Below are positions 55,905-64,000 of a DNA stretch of 64,000 bases, piece by piece. The notes under the pieces were generated by a model. That model was not told the origin of the DNA. It ran no database searches and worked only from the letters and a program-made list of their open reading frames with translations. Positions within the stretch are counted from its first letter, which is position 1. Every line of letters begins with the position of its first letter. The translations under genes were made by a program, and so were the position numbers. Source of the stretch: Bacillota bacterium (GTDB lineage: Bacteria; Bacillota; Clostridia; Christensenellales; UBA1242). The DNA lies in the NCBI GenBank assembly GCA_009780065.1, contig WRAS01000001.1, forward strand, positions 273,661-337,660, given 5' to 3'.

Positions 55905-56807
55905 ATCTGTGTATTCTGTGATTGTGGATCTTGTGTTTTTTTGTGGGGAATAAAAATATACCTGTCTGACTCTGCTAAACATCAATTGATGCAATTTGTC
56001 TTCGGCTAATAAATTACTTTTGCCTTGCTGGTGAAATTGTGCTTCGCGATTAATTATTCCCGCCATGACAGCTTTTTTTGCCGAAGTAACCAAAGGTAAA
56101 TTTTTCTGGGCTTTTTTAACTGCATCAACATAAAGAGTGTTAAATAGTTCATCTTTCTCAGTTATCTCAGTTTCCGAATAATCCATAACTCTTAATGAAT
56201 CAGACGATTCGATGCCCAAAAACCCTAATTTTTTCGTGTCGACCCCACCTTGCAAAAAATCTCTGAAATCAACCCACCAATCTGACATCCAGATCTCGGC
56301 ACTTGCCCTGAATAAATTTGCATCCGCCTTTTCCAAGGTATGATAATTTTCCAGCAATGCCATATATCGTCCGTCTAGGATGTTTCTGCCTGGAAAAGTT
56401 TTGTCCCTTTGTGAAAGTGCAAATGCTTCTCTTTTAACATTGTTTGCGTTCATCATTGATGCAAGAGCATCCATCTCTTGCGCAACAAGATCGGCATATA
56501 CAGTAACAGAGAAGTCAAGTTCGAATGCACTTGCAGGTAATCTGATATCAAAACGCTGTATAATTTCTTTTTGCTTGTTTGGTATTTGGGCAATATCACT
56601 GATAATTGTATCTACAGGTAACTTTTTTGCCCAAGATTCGAACAATCCAAGTTGTGCAAGAAGGTTCCCTAATGCGACAGATTTTTTATCAATATCATCA
56701 ATCTCGTCCACCAATTTAAATGTTAATCCGGTGTGCCATTCATCTTTTTTGACAGCATCATAAATATGTTTTGGCGAGGATATTTTTTTCTCATCAGAAA
56801 GTTCCAT
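55881..56807 (-). CDS. Hypothetical protein
   Basis: 308-aa ORF with TATAAT upstream. Confidence 0.7.
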   Translation of the reverse strand: MELSDEKKISSPKHIYDAVKKDEWHTGLTFKLVDEIDDIDKKSVALGNLLAQLGLFESWAKKLPVDTIISDIAQIPNKQKEIIQRFDIRLPASAFELDFSVTVYADLVAQEMDALASMMNANNVKREAFALSQRDKTFPGRNILDGRYMALLENYHTLEKADANLFRASAEIWMSDWWVDFRDFLQGGVDTKKLGFLGIESSDSLRVMDYSETEITEKDELFNTLYVDAVKKAQKNLPLVTSAKKAVMAGIINREAQFHQQGKSNLLAEDKLHQLMFSRVRQVYFYSPQKNTRSTITEYTDLDRDGFI

Positions 56808-56840
56808 AAGGATATATTATACAATAAAACTAACCCATTT

Positions 56841-57434
56841 TCAATACCACGTTGTCAATTCATCATGCAGATAGGCAAGTGAAGAAGTATTATTCTTTCG
56901 CCAACCTTTTTGTACGCGCTGTTCAATTTTTCCTGCACTGTTAACCGCACGTGTTATATCTACATCATTCTTAATGACCGAGTTCTTTATATCAATAATT
57001 TGTGGAATATTTTGTCTGAAATCCACAATGTAAAAGGGAACCTGATTCAATTTAACGTCTTTGCCATAACGCAATACATATGCCAATGCCCAATGTGTGT
57101 TATCAATGAAAATTTTGCCGCTGGATCCTATGACAACCTTTATTGGTCTGGACTCTGTTGAATACGTCATGCTTTTGATTCGTTCGACTTCGAACGACAA
57201 TCTTTCATTATCATCTTTCCACTTGCCACGATGCGTACCGAACAGAACATAATCATACCCGACATCTTTACCTTGTTTAATTATATCTTTGTTTTTTTGT
57301 GTGCTGTCATATGCAACGTGTTTAGTTTCCAGATCCAGCAATTTCATCCTCGCTACTGCAAAGATACCCCCTGGAAAAAGATTTGAGTTCGTGTCTATCA
57401 TACAGATTTGGACACTGCTCATAGTTATTGTCAT
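56841..57434 (-). CDS. Hypothetical protein, ParB/Srx-like motif
   Basis: RPIKVVIG…IFIDNTHWALA…VPFYIVD resembles PIxV…iiDGhHR..A…vp; start codon uncertain. Confidence 0.5.
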   Translation of the reverse strand: MTITMSSVQICMIDTNSNLFPGGIFAVARMKLLDLETKHVAYDSTQKNKDIIKQGKDVGYDYVLFGTHRGKWKDDNERLSFEVERIKSMTYSTESRPIKVVIGSSGKIFIDNTHWALAYVLRYGKDVKLNQVPFYIVDFRQNIPQIIDIKNSVIKNDVDITRAVNSAGKIEQRVQKGWRKNNTSSLAYLHDELTTWY

Positions 57435-58356
57435 ATGTTGTTGCTTTATCTTGTTCGTACAGCGTGGTGGATAAATACTTCATTCCACCATCCGGTAAAA
57501 TAGTTACGATAACGGACTCAGTTTTCGGGTCAACTATGCTTTTATTTTTAATAGCCTCCAATGCTACATGCATCGCGGCCCCACTGGACATACCCACCAG
57601 CAACCCTATATTTGCCAATTTACGTGACATGGCAAAGGCATCCTCGTCTTTTATATAAATTCTTTCATCCGCACCTGTTGCACTGTAAATTTGTGGCACG
57701 ATTGCTTCGGTCATATTTTTAAGTCCTTGAATTTTGTGCTTTGGAAACGGTTGGGCTTCGATAATTTTGATATTCGGATTTAATTGTTTTAATCGCTTTC
57801 CGACCCCCATAATTGTTCCGCCTGTACCCACCGCGCAGACAAAGTGTGTAATCTTACCCTTTGTTTGTTTCCAAATTTCGTTCGCAGTTGCACGATGTGA
57901 CAATGGATTATTTGGATTAGAGAATTGGTCGGGGTAGTAATACATATCTGGATTTTGGGAAACCATTTCGCGTGCCTTGCGTATTGCACCGTCTGTTCCG
58001 AATTCACCTGGTGTGAAAACAATTTTCGCACCATAAGCTTGTATTAATTTCTGTCTTTCGACTGAAACCGCGTCACTCATCACCAGAACAACTTTGTAAC
58101 CCAACGCTGCCCCAATCAGGGCAACCGCAATCCCTGTATTGCCACTGGTGGCTTCGATAATCGTTTTGTCCTTTGTTAAGTTGCCGCTCTTAATCGCGTC
58201 CAGAATCATGGCTTTAACGGGGCGGTCTTTTATGCTGCCGCCTGGATTATCACCCTCTGTCTTTGCATAAATCTTTACATTTGGATTGTTTCCAAGTTGG
58301 CTTAAATCCAACATCCGTGTATTACCCACCATGTCCAGTATATTCTTGTAAATCAT
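57322..58356 (-). CDS. cysM: Cysteine synthase (CysM/CysK family)
   Basis: NPGGSIKDR, EATSGNTG, DQFSNPNN, VGTGGT, HKIQG, GMSSGAA, PDGGMKYLST. Confidence 0.92.
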   Translation of the reverse strand: MIYKNILDMVGNTRMLDLSQLGNNPNVKIYAKTEGDNPGGSIKDRPVKAMILDAIKSGNLTKDKTIIEATSGNTGIAVALIGAALGYKVVLVMSDAVSVERQKLIQAYGAKIVFTPGEFGTDGAIRKAREMVSQNPDMYYYPDQFSNPNNPLSHRATANEIWKQTKGKITHFVCAVGTGGTIMGVGKRLKQLNPNIKIIEAQPFPKHKIQGLKNMTEAIVPQIYSATGADERIYIKDEDAFAMSRKLANIGLLVGMSSGAAMHVALEAIKNKSIVDPKTESVIVTILPDGGMKYLSTTLYEQDKATTYDNNYEQCPNLYDRHELKSFSRGYLCSSEDEIAGSGN

Positions 58357-58384
58357 TTTAATTTCTCCTCATATAATTCCTAAC

Positions 58385-58428
58385 AAAAAACTGCCCACCC
58401 TTTATGTACGCATTTGGGTTTGGCAGTT
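58385..58428 (-). terminator. Attenuator terminator upstream of cysM
   Basis: Minus strand AACTGCCAAACCC…GGGTGGGCAG-TTTTTT. Confidence 0.8.
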
Positions 58429-58453
58429 CAATAATCAATTGCAATAAATTTGA

Positions 58454-58534
58454 CTAGGCGGACATGCAACACAAGAACGCATCTTTCCCAAATGCACCTT
58501 GGCAGCAACAACATACAAAACTTGTGATGTCCAT
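58454..58534 (-). CDS. Poly-Cys leader peptide (26 aa)
   Basis: MDITSFVCCCCQGAFGKDAFLCCMSA*; starts 6 nt after TTGACA-18-TATAAT. Confidence 0.85.
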   Translation of the reverse strand: MDITSFVCCCCQGAFGKDAFLCCMSA

Positions 58535-58595
58535 AAATATATTATATTAAACCAGCAGTAACTTTGTCAAGTCTTTAATTTAAACAACTATTTGC

Positions 58596-58628
58596 ACACC
58601 TGAAAAGGGTCAAACATACCATGAATTA
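58596..58628 (+). promoter_or_regulatory. SigmaK-like sporulation promoter
   Basis: AC-N17-CATACCAT; CATAnCATGAATTA shared with 8977-8990. Confidence 0.55.
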
Positions 58629-58649
58629 GACCACAAAGGAGGTATAAAA

Positions 58650-59084
58650 ATGAGTGAAAAAATTAAAAACACATCTTTCGTTGACATTGAATTATGCGAG
58701 GATACAGTAACGGTAACCAGTCAAGAAGTCGAGGTAAGCGAACTTCAACTCTCCGTTGTTAAAACTGCAATGTGTCCGTTCGCAGTTGTTGGCGGTACAA
58801 TTAAATTTTGTACAACGATAAAAAATACGACGGGATTTACAATACATGAACTTGTCTTCCGTGATGAATTAGACGAGAATCTTTCATATGTAGAAGGATC
58901 TTTCACAGTTAATGGTGGCCAAGAAGATGATCCAACTATAATTGGTCGTGTAATAACTTTTCCAATGGAAAAAATCGAAGATGACGAAGAAATCGTAATA
59001 TGTTTCAAAGTTCGCGTGAATTCATGGCCGACAGGGGATGACGACAATGGCGACGAGAATGGAGATGATAACGGAGACGAATAA
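58650..59084 (+). CDS. Single DUF11-like domain protein with acidic tail
   Basis: LSVVKTA…VVGGTIKFCTTIKN…FRDEL…LSYVEGSFTVNG…ICFKVRV; AAGGAGGT RBS. Confidence 0.8.
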   Translation: MSEKIKNTSFVDIELCEDTVTVTSQEVEVSELQLSVVKTAMCPFAVVGGTIKFCTTIKNTTGFTIHELVFRDELDENLSYVEGSFTVNGGQEDDPTIIGRVITFPMEKIEDDEEIVICFKVRVNSWPTGDDDNGDENGDDNGDE

Positions 59085-59085
59085 A

Positions 59086-59754
59086 ATGGCAAAAATTACC
59101 AATGTGTCAAGTGTCAGTTTTTCCAGAATGCAATGTGATTGTGACGAGATAAACGCACGTCTAGATGAACTAGAAGCGAGTCAATGCGATTGCAAGGCCA
59201 TTGACGAGCGTCTTACAACAATAGAAAATGACATAACAGAAATTCGTACAGAGATTACTAATGCAACAAACGAAATATGGAATACAATCAACAGGATAGA
59301 GCAGTTTGTATTCCTTTCCGATGTTACCATATATTCGGCCGCTAATCCTTTTTATGGTGCAACGATTTCTACGATAAATGCGGGACACACATATAACTTT
59401 TGGGGTTCTGGTGCGTTAACATCCAGCGTAACACTTACAAATAACACAATATATTATTTAGCGCGCTCCGGGCAGCCTACAACAACTCCACCTGCTTTGC
59501 CGAACAGAATACCCGTCCTGGAATGGTATCAGGGTTCCTCTACAATTGGAACAATGTTTATCGAAGGCCCGCCAACAATTATTTCTCCCGGACCACCACC
59601 TGTAACAACACCTGGTCCAGTAATTGCAACTGTGCCTTTGCGTTTTGATGAAACTGGGATATGGTTTCGTACTGATTATAATATTGGCACAATAGCCGTC
59701 GGCTCGGTTTTCAAATTTACCCAGGCGCTGATTTTGGTGGACACAACAAGTTAA
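59086..59754 (+). CDS. Probable spore-surface protein: Cys-containing coiled coil plus beta head with Pro/Thr loops
   Basis: MAKITNVSS…QCDC..I..RL twice, heptad region, then beta-rich domain. Confidence 0.65.
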   Translation: MAKITNVSSVSFSRMQCDCDEINARLDELEASQCDCKAIDERLTTIENDITEIRTEITNATNEIWNTINRIEQFVFLSDVTIYSAANPFYGATISTINAGHTYNFWGSGALTSSVTLTNNTIYYLARSGQPTTTPPALPNRIPVLEWYQGSSTIGTMFIEGPPTIISPGPPPVTTPGPVIATVPLRFDETGIWFRTDYNIGTIAVGSVFKFTQALILVDTTS

Positions 59755-59774
59755 TATCTACTAGAGAGGATAGG

Positions 59775-60044
59775 ATGAAAAATAATAATTGCAATACTTT
59801 AATGCAAACAAATGCAATTTGTTATGTCACCAATCAATCGTCCATCGAAATTAACAATTGCTGGGAAAGTTATATAATTAAAAGCAACAAAGTAAAAGTA
59901 AAAATAACACACCCACAGCCAGAATGTTGCATTTGTATGTGTTGTTGTGTTTGCTGTTGTTTGTGGTGCACACTTGGGCGTATTATAAATCTTATTTGTC
60001 ATGATCACATTTGCACGGATTCACATGCACATTGCAATGTTTGA
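59775..60044 (+). CDS. Small Cys-rich protein
   Basis: VTNQSSI…IKSNKVKV then CCICMCCCVCCC; GAGG RBS. Confidence 0.7.
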   Translation: MKNNNCNTLMQTNAICYVTNQSSIEINNCWESYIIKSNKVKVKITHPQPECCICMCCCVCCCLWCTLGRIINLICHDHICTDSHAHCNV

Positions 60045-60906
60045 TTCGCAAATCTGAATCAGACTCCAACTTATTTTGAACCGCTTGGGCTATGTCATGA
60101 CCCTGTTCCACCGAAAGTTTTCCGTCCACATGTATATCCAAATCAACCAAGATTGCACTACCGAATAAACGCGTTCTGATCTCATCTACTTTGATGACCC
60201 CATTAACGCTGGATGCTGTTTCAACAATTTTGTCTTCGTCGTTTTTGTCGGCTGCGCGGTCAATCAGTTGATTGATCGCGGGTTTAAGAATATTAAAAGC
60301 AACCCTTAGTATAAATACAGCAACGACCAGAACCGCAATACTTTCTACGATATTGGTTCCTATAAAGGCGCTGCACACCAAACCAATTAAAACAGCAATC
60401 GAGGTCAAACTGTCCGCACGGCTGTGCCAGGCGTCGGCCTTTAACATCTGGGATCGCGTTCTTTTTGCATGGTGCATTCCATACCAAAACAAAGCCTCCT
60501 TGACCACAATCGTAAGAATCACCACACCAATCAAATACCAATTCAATTCTGAATAATCTGGTGATATTATCCCTTGAATCCCTTGCCAAATAAATAATCC
60601 CGCAACACCTGAAAGAAACAGGGCAAAGAACATAACCATCAACGATTCAATTTTTTCGTGACCATAGTTATGTTTCTTGTCACGTTTTGGGCTGGAAATA
60701 AATACTGCAATAATAACAAACAACTGTGTGATTAAATCCGCCGCCGAATGCACCCCATCGGAAATTACCGCCAGATTTCCAAAAATCGAACCTACAATTA
60801 CTTTTGATGAAACCAATATAATGTTTGCAAATATTCCGATAATCGCAACCTTTAGCACTATTTTCGCGACGCCAGATTGTTGAGACATGTAATCTTGTTT
60901 ATCCAT
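59992..60906 (-). CDS. Cation diffusion facilitator (CDF) transporter
   Basis: SDGVHSAAD, HNYGHEKIE, ADAWHSRAD, HVNP; GGAGG RBS before MDKQD. Confidence 0.95.
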   Translation of the reverse strand: MDKQDYMSQQSGVAKIVLKVAIIGIFANIILVSSKVIVGSIFGNLAVISDGVHSAADLITQLFVIIAVFISSPKRDKKHNYGHEKIESLMVMFFALFLSGVAGLFIWQGIQGIISPDYSELNWYLIGVVILTIVVKEALFWYGMHHAKRTRSQMLKADAWHSRADSLTSIAVLIGLVCSAFIGTNIVESIAVLVVAVFILRVAFNILKPAINQLIDRAADKNDEDKIVETASSVNGVIKVDEIRTRLFGSAILVDLDIHVDGKLSVEQGHDIAQAVQNKLESDSDLRIKHCNVHVNPCKCDHDK

Positions 60907-60930
60907 AAAAAGACCTCCTTGTATGTATAC

Positions 60931-61055
60931 AAAAACACCTGCGGAACTCTGAAAGACGTGTCTTCGTCTATCTGTCCCACAGGTGTTCAAAATTTCACCC
61001 GCTGTCGCTTTTGCAACCCGACTGCGATGCCAAGCATCCGCCTGTTCAGTTTTGT
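60931..61055 (-). ncRNA. NiCo (czcD) riboswitch with terminator
   Basis: AAACTGAACAGGC…GTCGGG…CAGCGG…CTGTGGGACAG four-way-junction pattern; ACACCTGTGGGAC/GTTCCGCAGGTGT-TTTT terminator overlaps the aptamer 3' end; upstream of a CDF gene. Confidence 0.85.
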
Positions 61056-61160
61056 AAAGTATAACATAGTATATTCAATCAAGTAAACTATTGTTTGGTT
61101 TTATGTTTGTACCATTAAGAATTTTTATGCAAAATAAAAAACTCCATTGGAGTTTTTTGC

Positions 61161-61234
61161 TGGCAGGGGGACAGAGAATCGAACTCTGACCAACGGTTTT
61201 GGAGACCGCTGTTCTACCACTAAACTATCCCCCT
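61161..61234 (-). tRNA. tRNA-Trp(CCA)
   Basis: AGGGGATAGTTTAGTGGTAGAACAGCGGTCTCCAAAACCG…CCCCTGCCA. Confidence 0.96.
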
Positions 61235-61319
61235 ATGAGCCATATTATAAAGTATTTAATTTACGATTGTCAACCTATAATCCTTGACATGTTTGGGAAT
61301 ATGTTGTTAGATAGAATTT

Positions 61320-62144
61320 ATGACAAACGAGAAAGTAATTTTTGTGGACTTTGACGGAACCCTTGCAAAAAAAGATAAGAGTGTATCCCAACGCAACATT
61401 GATGCAATAAACTTGGCAAAACAAAATGGGTGGGAGGTCGTGCTTTGTACTGGGCGCGGTGTGGACAACGTAATGCATATAACGAAATTAACAGACATCC
61501 GTTACGTGATTGGGTGCACAGGTTCGGTCATATATGATATTGTGGAAGAAAAAATTGTATACCAACAAATCATGGATAAAGCCATTGTAACGCGACTGTA
61601 TGACATTCTTAAAGACACTGATGGATTCATTGACTTTGCCACACCAAAACAAAAATTTGCAACGAATGACAGAATAAGACAGGTAGATTCGTTGACGAGA
61701 AATATCAAAACAATTCAAAAAGATATATACGAATTTATAAACGAAAATGATATTATTCAAACAACATATTTTTCACGTGACTTGGAGATTGCTAGACAAT
61801 CATATGACATGGTAAAAGATGTTAGGGAAATGGACATAGTTGGTTATGCCAAAGAACTTTTTGAAAGCAACCCAAAGCCAAGGGGACATTATGCAATTGA
61901 TATGACCGCACCTGGTGTTTCAAAAGGTAATGGCGTTCGCGAATTTTGTAAATTGTTTAATATTAATCTTAGAGATACAATATGCTTTGGTGACGAGTTC
62001 AACGATGTTTCCATGTTTAAAACGGTTGGGATTCCGGTTGCGATGGGTAACGCAACCAATGAACTAAAAGCAATTGCAAAACACGTAACCGACACACACG
62101 AAAACGATGGCGTGGCGGTTTTTATTGAAAAATTCTTTAACTAG
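61320..62144 (+). CDS. Cof-type HAD hydrolase
   Basis: DFDGTL, CTGR, SKGNG, FGDEFNDVSM, AMGNA, DGVA. Confidence 0.93.
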   Translation: MTNEKVIFVDFDGTLAKKDKSVSQRNIDAINLAKQNGWEVVLCTGRGVDNVMHITKLTDIRYVIGCTGSVIYDIVEEKIVYQQIMDKAIVTRLYDILKDTDGFIDFATPKQKFATNDRIRQVDSLTRNIKTIQKDIYEFINENDIIQTTYFSRDLEIARQSYDMVKDVREMDIVGYAKELFESNPKPRGHYAIDMTAPGVSKGNGVREFCKLFNINLRDTICFGDEFNDVSMFKTVGIPVAMGNATNELKAIAKHVTDTHENDGVAVFIEKFFN

Positions 62145-62194
62145 GTCGCAAGATGTATTTGTACTCCTGTAACGCTTTGTGTTAGACTGGATAC

Positions 62195-64000
62195 ATGATT
62201 GAAATTAAAAAAGTCACAAAGGTTCACCATAACCTGAACGGCAGTAATGTCGTCGCACTTCGCGGTATTGATTTAAAATTGGACAAAACTGGTCTTGTAT
62301 TTGTTACGGGTAAATCTGGCTCGGGAAAGACCACGCTGCTGAACATACTTTCGGCGCATGATACAATGTCAATCGGCGAGATGAGTGTCAACGGCGTGGA
62401 TATCAAGAACTTTGGTGATCGCGGAATAGACGGATACAGAACATCTTTTGTGGGTAAAGTTCCGCAAGAGTTGGACTTGATTCCAAACATAACACTGGCA
62501 GAGAACGTCGCACTGGCGGCCGAGATTCAGGGCAAACTACCCGACAAAGCAGAAATCAGTTCTTTATTTAAAAAATTGGGAATCGAAAAATTGGAAACAC
62601 GATACTCAAAGGATATCAGTGGCGGGGAAGCCCAACGCGTGGGTATTGCACGTGTTCTTATCAAAAAGCCCAAAGTACTGATTGCAGACGAATTTACATC
62701 TGGTCTGGATGTAGAGAATCAAAACATCGTTTATGAGATTTTAAAAAGTCTAAGCAAAGATATATTAATAATTACAACAACTCATAATAACGACATGGCA
62801 AAGAAATATGGGGACAGGGTTATCACCTTGGATAACGGAAAAATTATATCTGATGCTGTTGCAGAATTGCCTAAAGAGCCAAAGCCAAAAGGAAAGAAAC
62901 CCACCAAGAAAGAACTCCAGGCACAGGCACAAGCAGAAGTGATTGAGGCACCTCCAGTTGAACAAAAAGCCGAATTGACATTTGAACAAACAAGATTGCC
63001 GTTCAAACGTGCACTTAATATCGCCTGGGCAAACTTTAATGCGAACAAGTTAAAAACCATACTTGCAATTGTTATCTGTATTTTGACAATCAGTTTCTTT
63101 GCGGTTGCAACAAATTTATCCAACCTAAATCATGCGCGTTTAACGTTTCAAAGTTTCTCACGCAGCAATGCCCCATATATAGGTTTTGTAGACAACACAC
63201 GGCTGTTAACAGGTGCGGATCGCGAGAATTCAATATCTGGGTTTTATAACACAACCGCACTTGCGCACCAATTCGGCCCAGACGTATTTTCGCCGCTGGA
63301 TGTTGGTATTGTCACACACACGATTCATGCACCGACACGCTTGGTTGCGTTGGATGGCGGAACTGGTGGTAACAACATATTTGGTCAATCACTGTTGCAT
63401 GGGAACTGGCCAAATAATACGGCAACCGGGAACGAGATTACAATATCCGATTTCATCGCAACACAAATTGCGACAGCACGTGATGTCAGTCTTGCGGCTG
63501 TTGTGAATACATCATTGGAACTTTGGGATGGCATGATAACATTCCAAATTGTCGGAATATATCGCACAAACTTTACAGACTTTTTCGCAACCGAGAACGG
63601 TCGTTTCCCGTCACCTGCTTTGTTTAATGCAGCCAACTTGTTGCCTCGGCCTGGTTTGAATGATGCACGTATTAATCAATTGAATCACCTTTTGCAAAAC
63701 AATTTTGTCACTGCATACGTACCTGCAAGTTTTGTCAATATACTAAGAAACCCGCCCAGTGGAATAGTGTGGTCTGGTATTGACGAAATTCGTTTGGGAG
63801 TAGCAGGCAATATGTCCGCATCCAACTTTTTCATCACCGACCATATTACTGGGGGGCGTCCAACATCTGCACAAATCGCGGGTGGGCAAGCACCACTGTA
63901 CCAGGCAATTTATCTCAATGATGGTCTTATAATCCAACCTATACCTGGGCTTACTGCATACGTTTCATCTGACTTGCAAACTGCGGCATCAATAATAGGT
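62195..64000 (+). CDS. Fused ABC ATPase/permease (MacB-like), runs off the window; not in the ORF track
   Basis: MIEIKKV…GKSGSGKTT…ISGGEAQRVGIAR…IADE; then a TM and a long extracellular domain, no stop seen. Confidence 0.9.
   Translation, partial: MIEIKKVTKVHHNLNGSNVVALRGIDLKLDKTGLVFVTGKSGSGKTTLLNILSAHDTMSIGEMSVNGVDIKNFGDRGIDGYRTSFVGKVPQELDLIPNITLAENVALAAEIQGKLPDKAEISSLFKKLGIEKLETRYSKDISGGEAQRVGIARVLIKKPKVLIADEFTSGLDVENQNIVYEILKSLSKDILIITTTHNNDMAKKYGDRVITLDNGKIISDAVAELPKEPKPKGKKPTKKELQAQAQAEVIEAPPVEQKAELTFEQTRLPFKRALNIAWANFNANKLKTILAIVICILTISFFAVATNLSNLNHARLTFQSFSRSNAPYIGFVDNTRLLTGADRENSISGFYNTTALAHQFGPDVFSPLDVGIVTHTIHAPTRLVALDGGTGGNNIFGQSLLHGNWPNNTATGNEITISDFIATQIATARDVSLAAVVNTSLELWDGMITFQIVGIYRTNFTDFFATENGRFPSPALFNAANLLPRPGLNDARINQLNHLLQNNFVTAYVPASFVNILRNPPSGIVWSGIDEIRLGVAGNMSASNFFITDHITGGRPTSAQIAGGQAPLYQAIYLNDGLIIQPIPGLTAYVSSDLQTAASIIG

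Noticed and set aside
58385-58534. T-box or S-box upstream of cysM
   Set aside because: No T-box AANNAGGGTGGTACCGCG element or SAM-I core; the short leader is explained by a Cys-rich uORF attenuator

Overview
Chromosomal window from a low-GC, spore-forming Firmicute (Clostridia-like, inferred from the complete spoIIIAA-AH operon). Core genes: rpsO-pnp, dut, pcrA, lgt, thiI, aspC-gdhA, ppc, rbr, cysM, degV, RNase P RNA and five tRNAs (Gly, fMet, Ile, Ala, Trp). These alternate with accessory genes: five large surface proteins (InlB-B, GLUG, BspA-LRR, FN3-like, DUF6273-like domains), a secreted M64 peptidase with a small cassette array, an IS1 InsA relic, an orphan MazF and a BhlA holin. No CRISPR array, rRNA, integrase or reverse transcriptase is visible. 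Main findings: (1) two unlinked loci with near-identical sigmaK-like promoters encode apparently permuted DUF11-type domains plus short Cys-rich partners sharing an N-terminal IxNxS..SNxVxV segment, a candidate donor-strand/isopeptide spore fibre system; (2) an unannotated leaderless poly-Cys peptide with a terminator/antiterminator upstream of cysM; (3) near-total lysine exclusion, with Tyr-to-His/Phe swaps, in extracellular domains; (4) frequent leaderless gene starts; (5) a NiCo/czcD riboswitch. All calls come from reading the sequence by eye; no searches were run.
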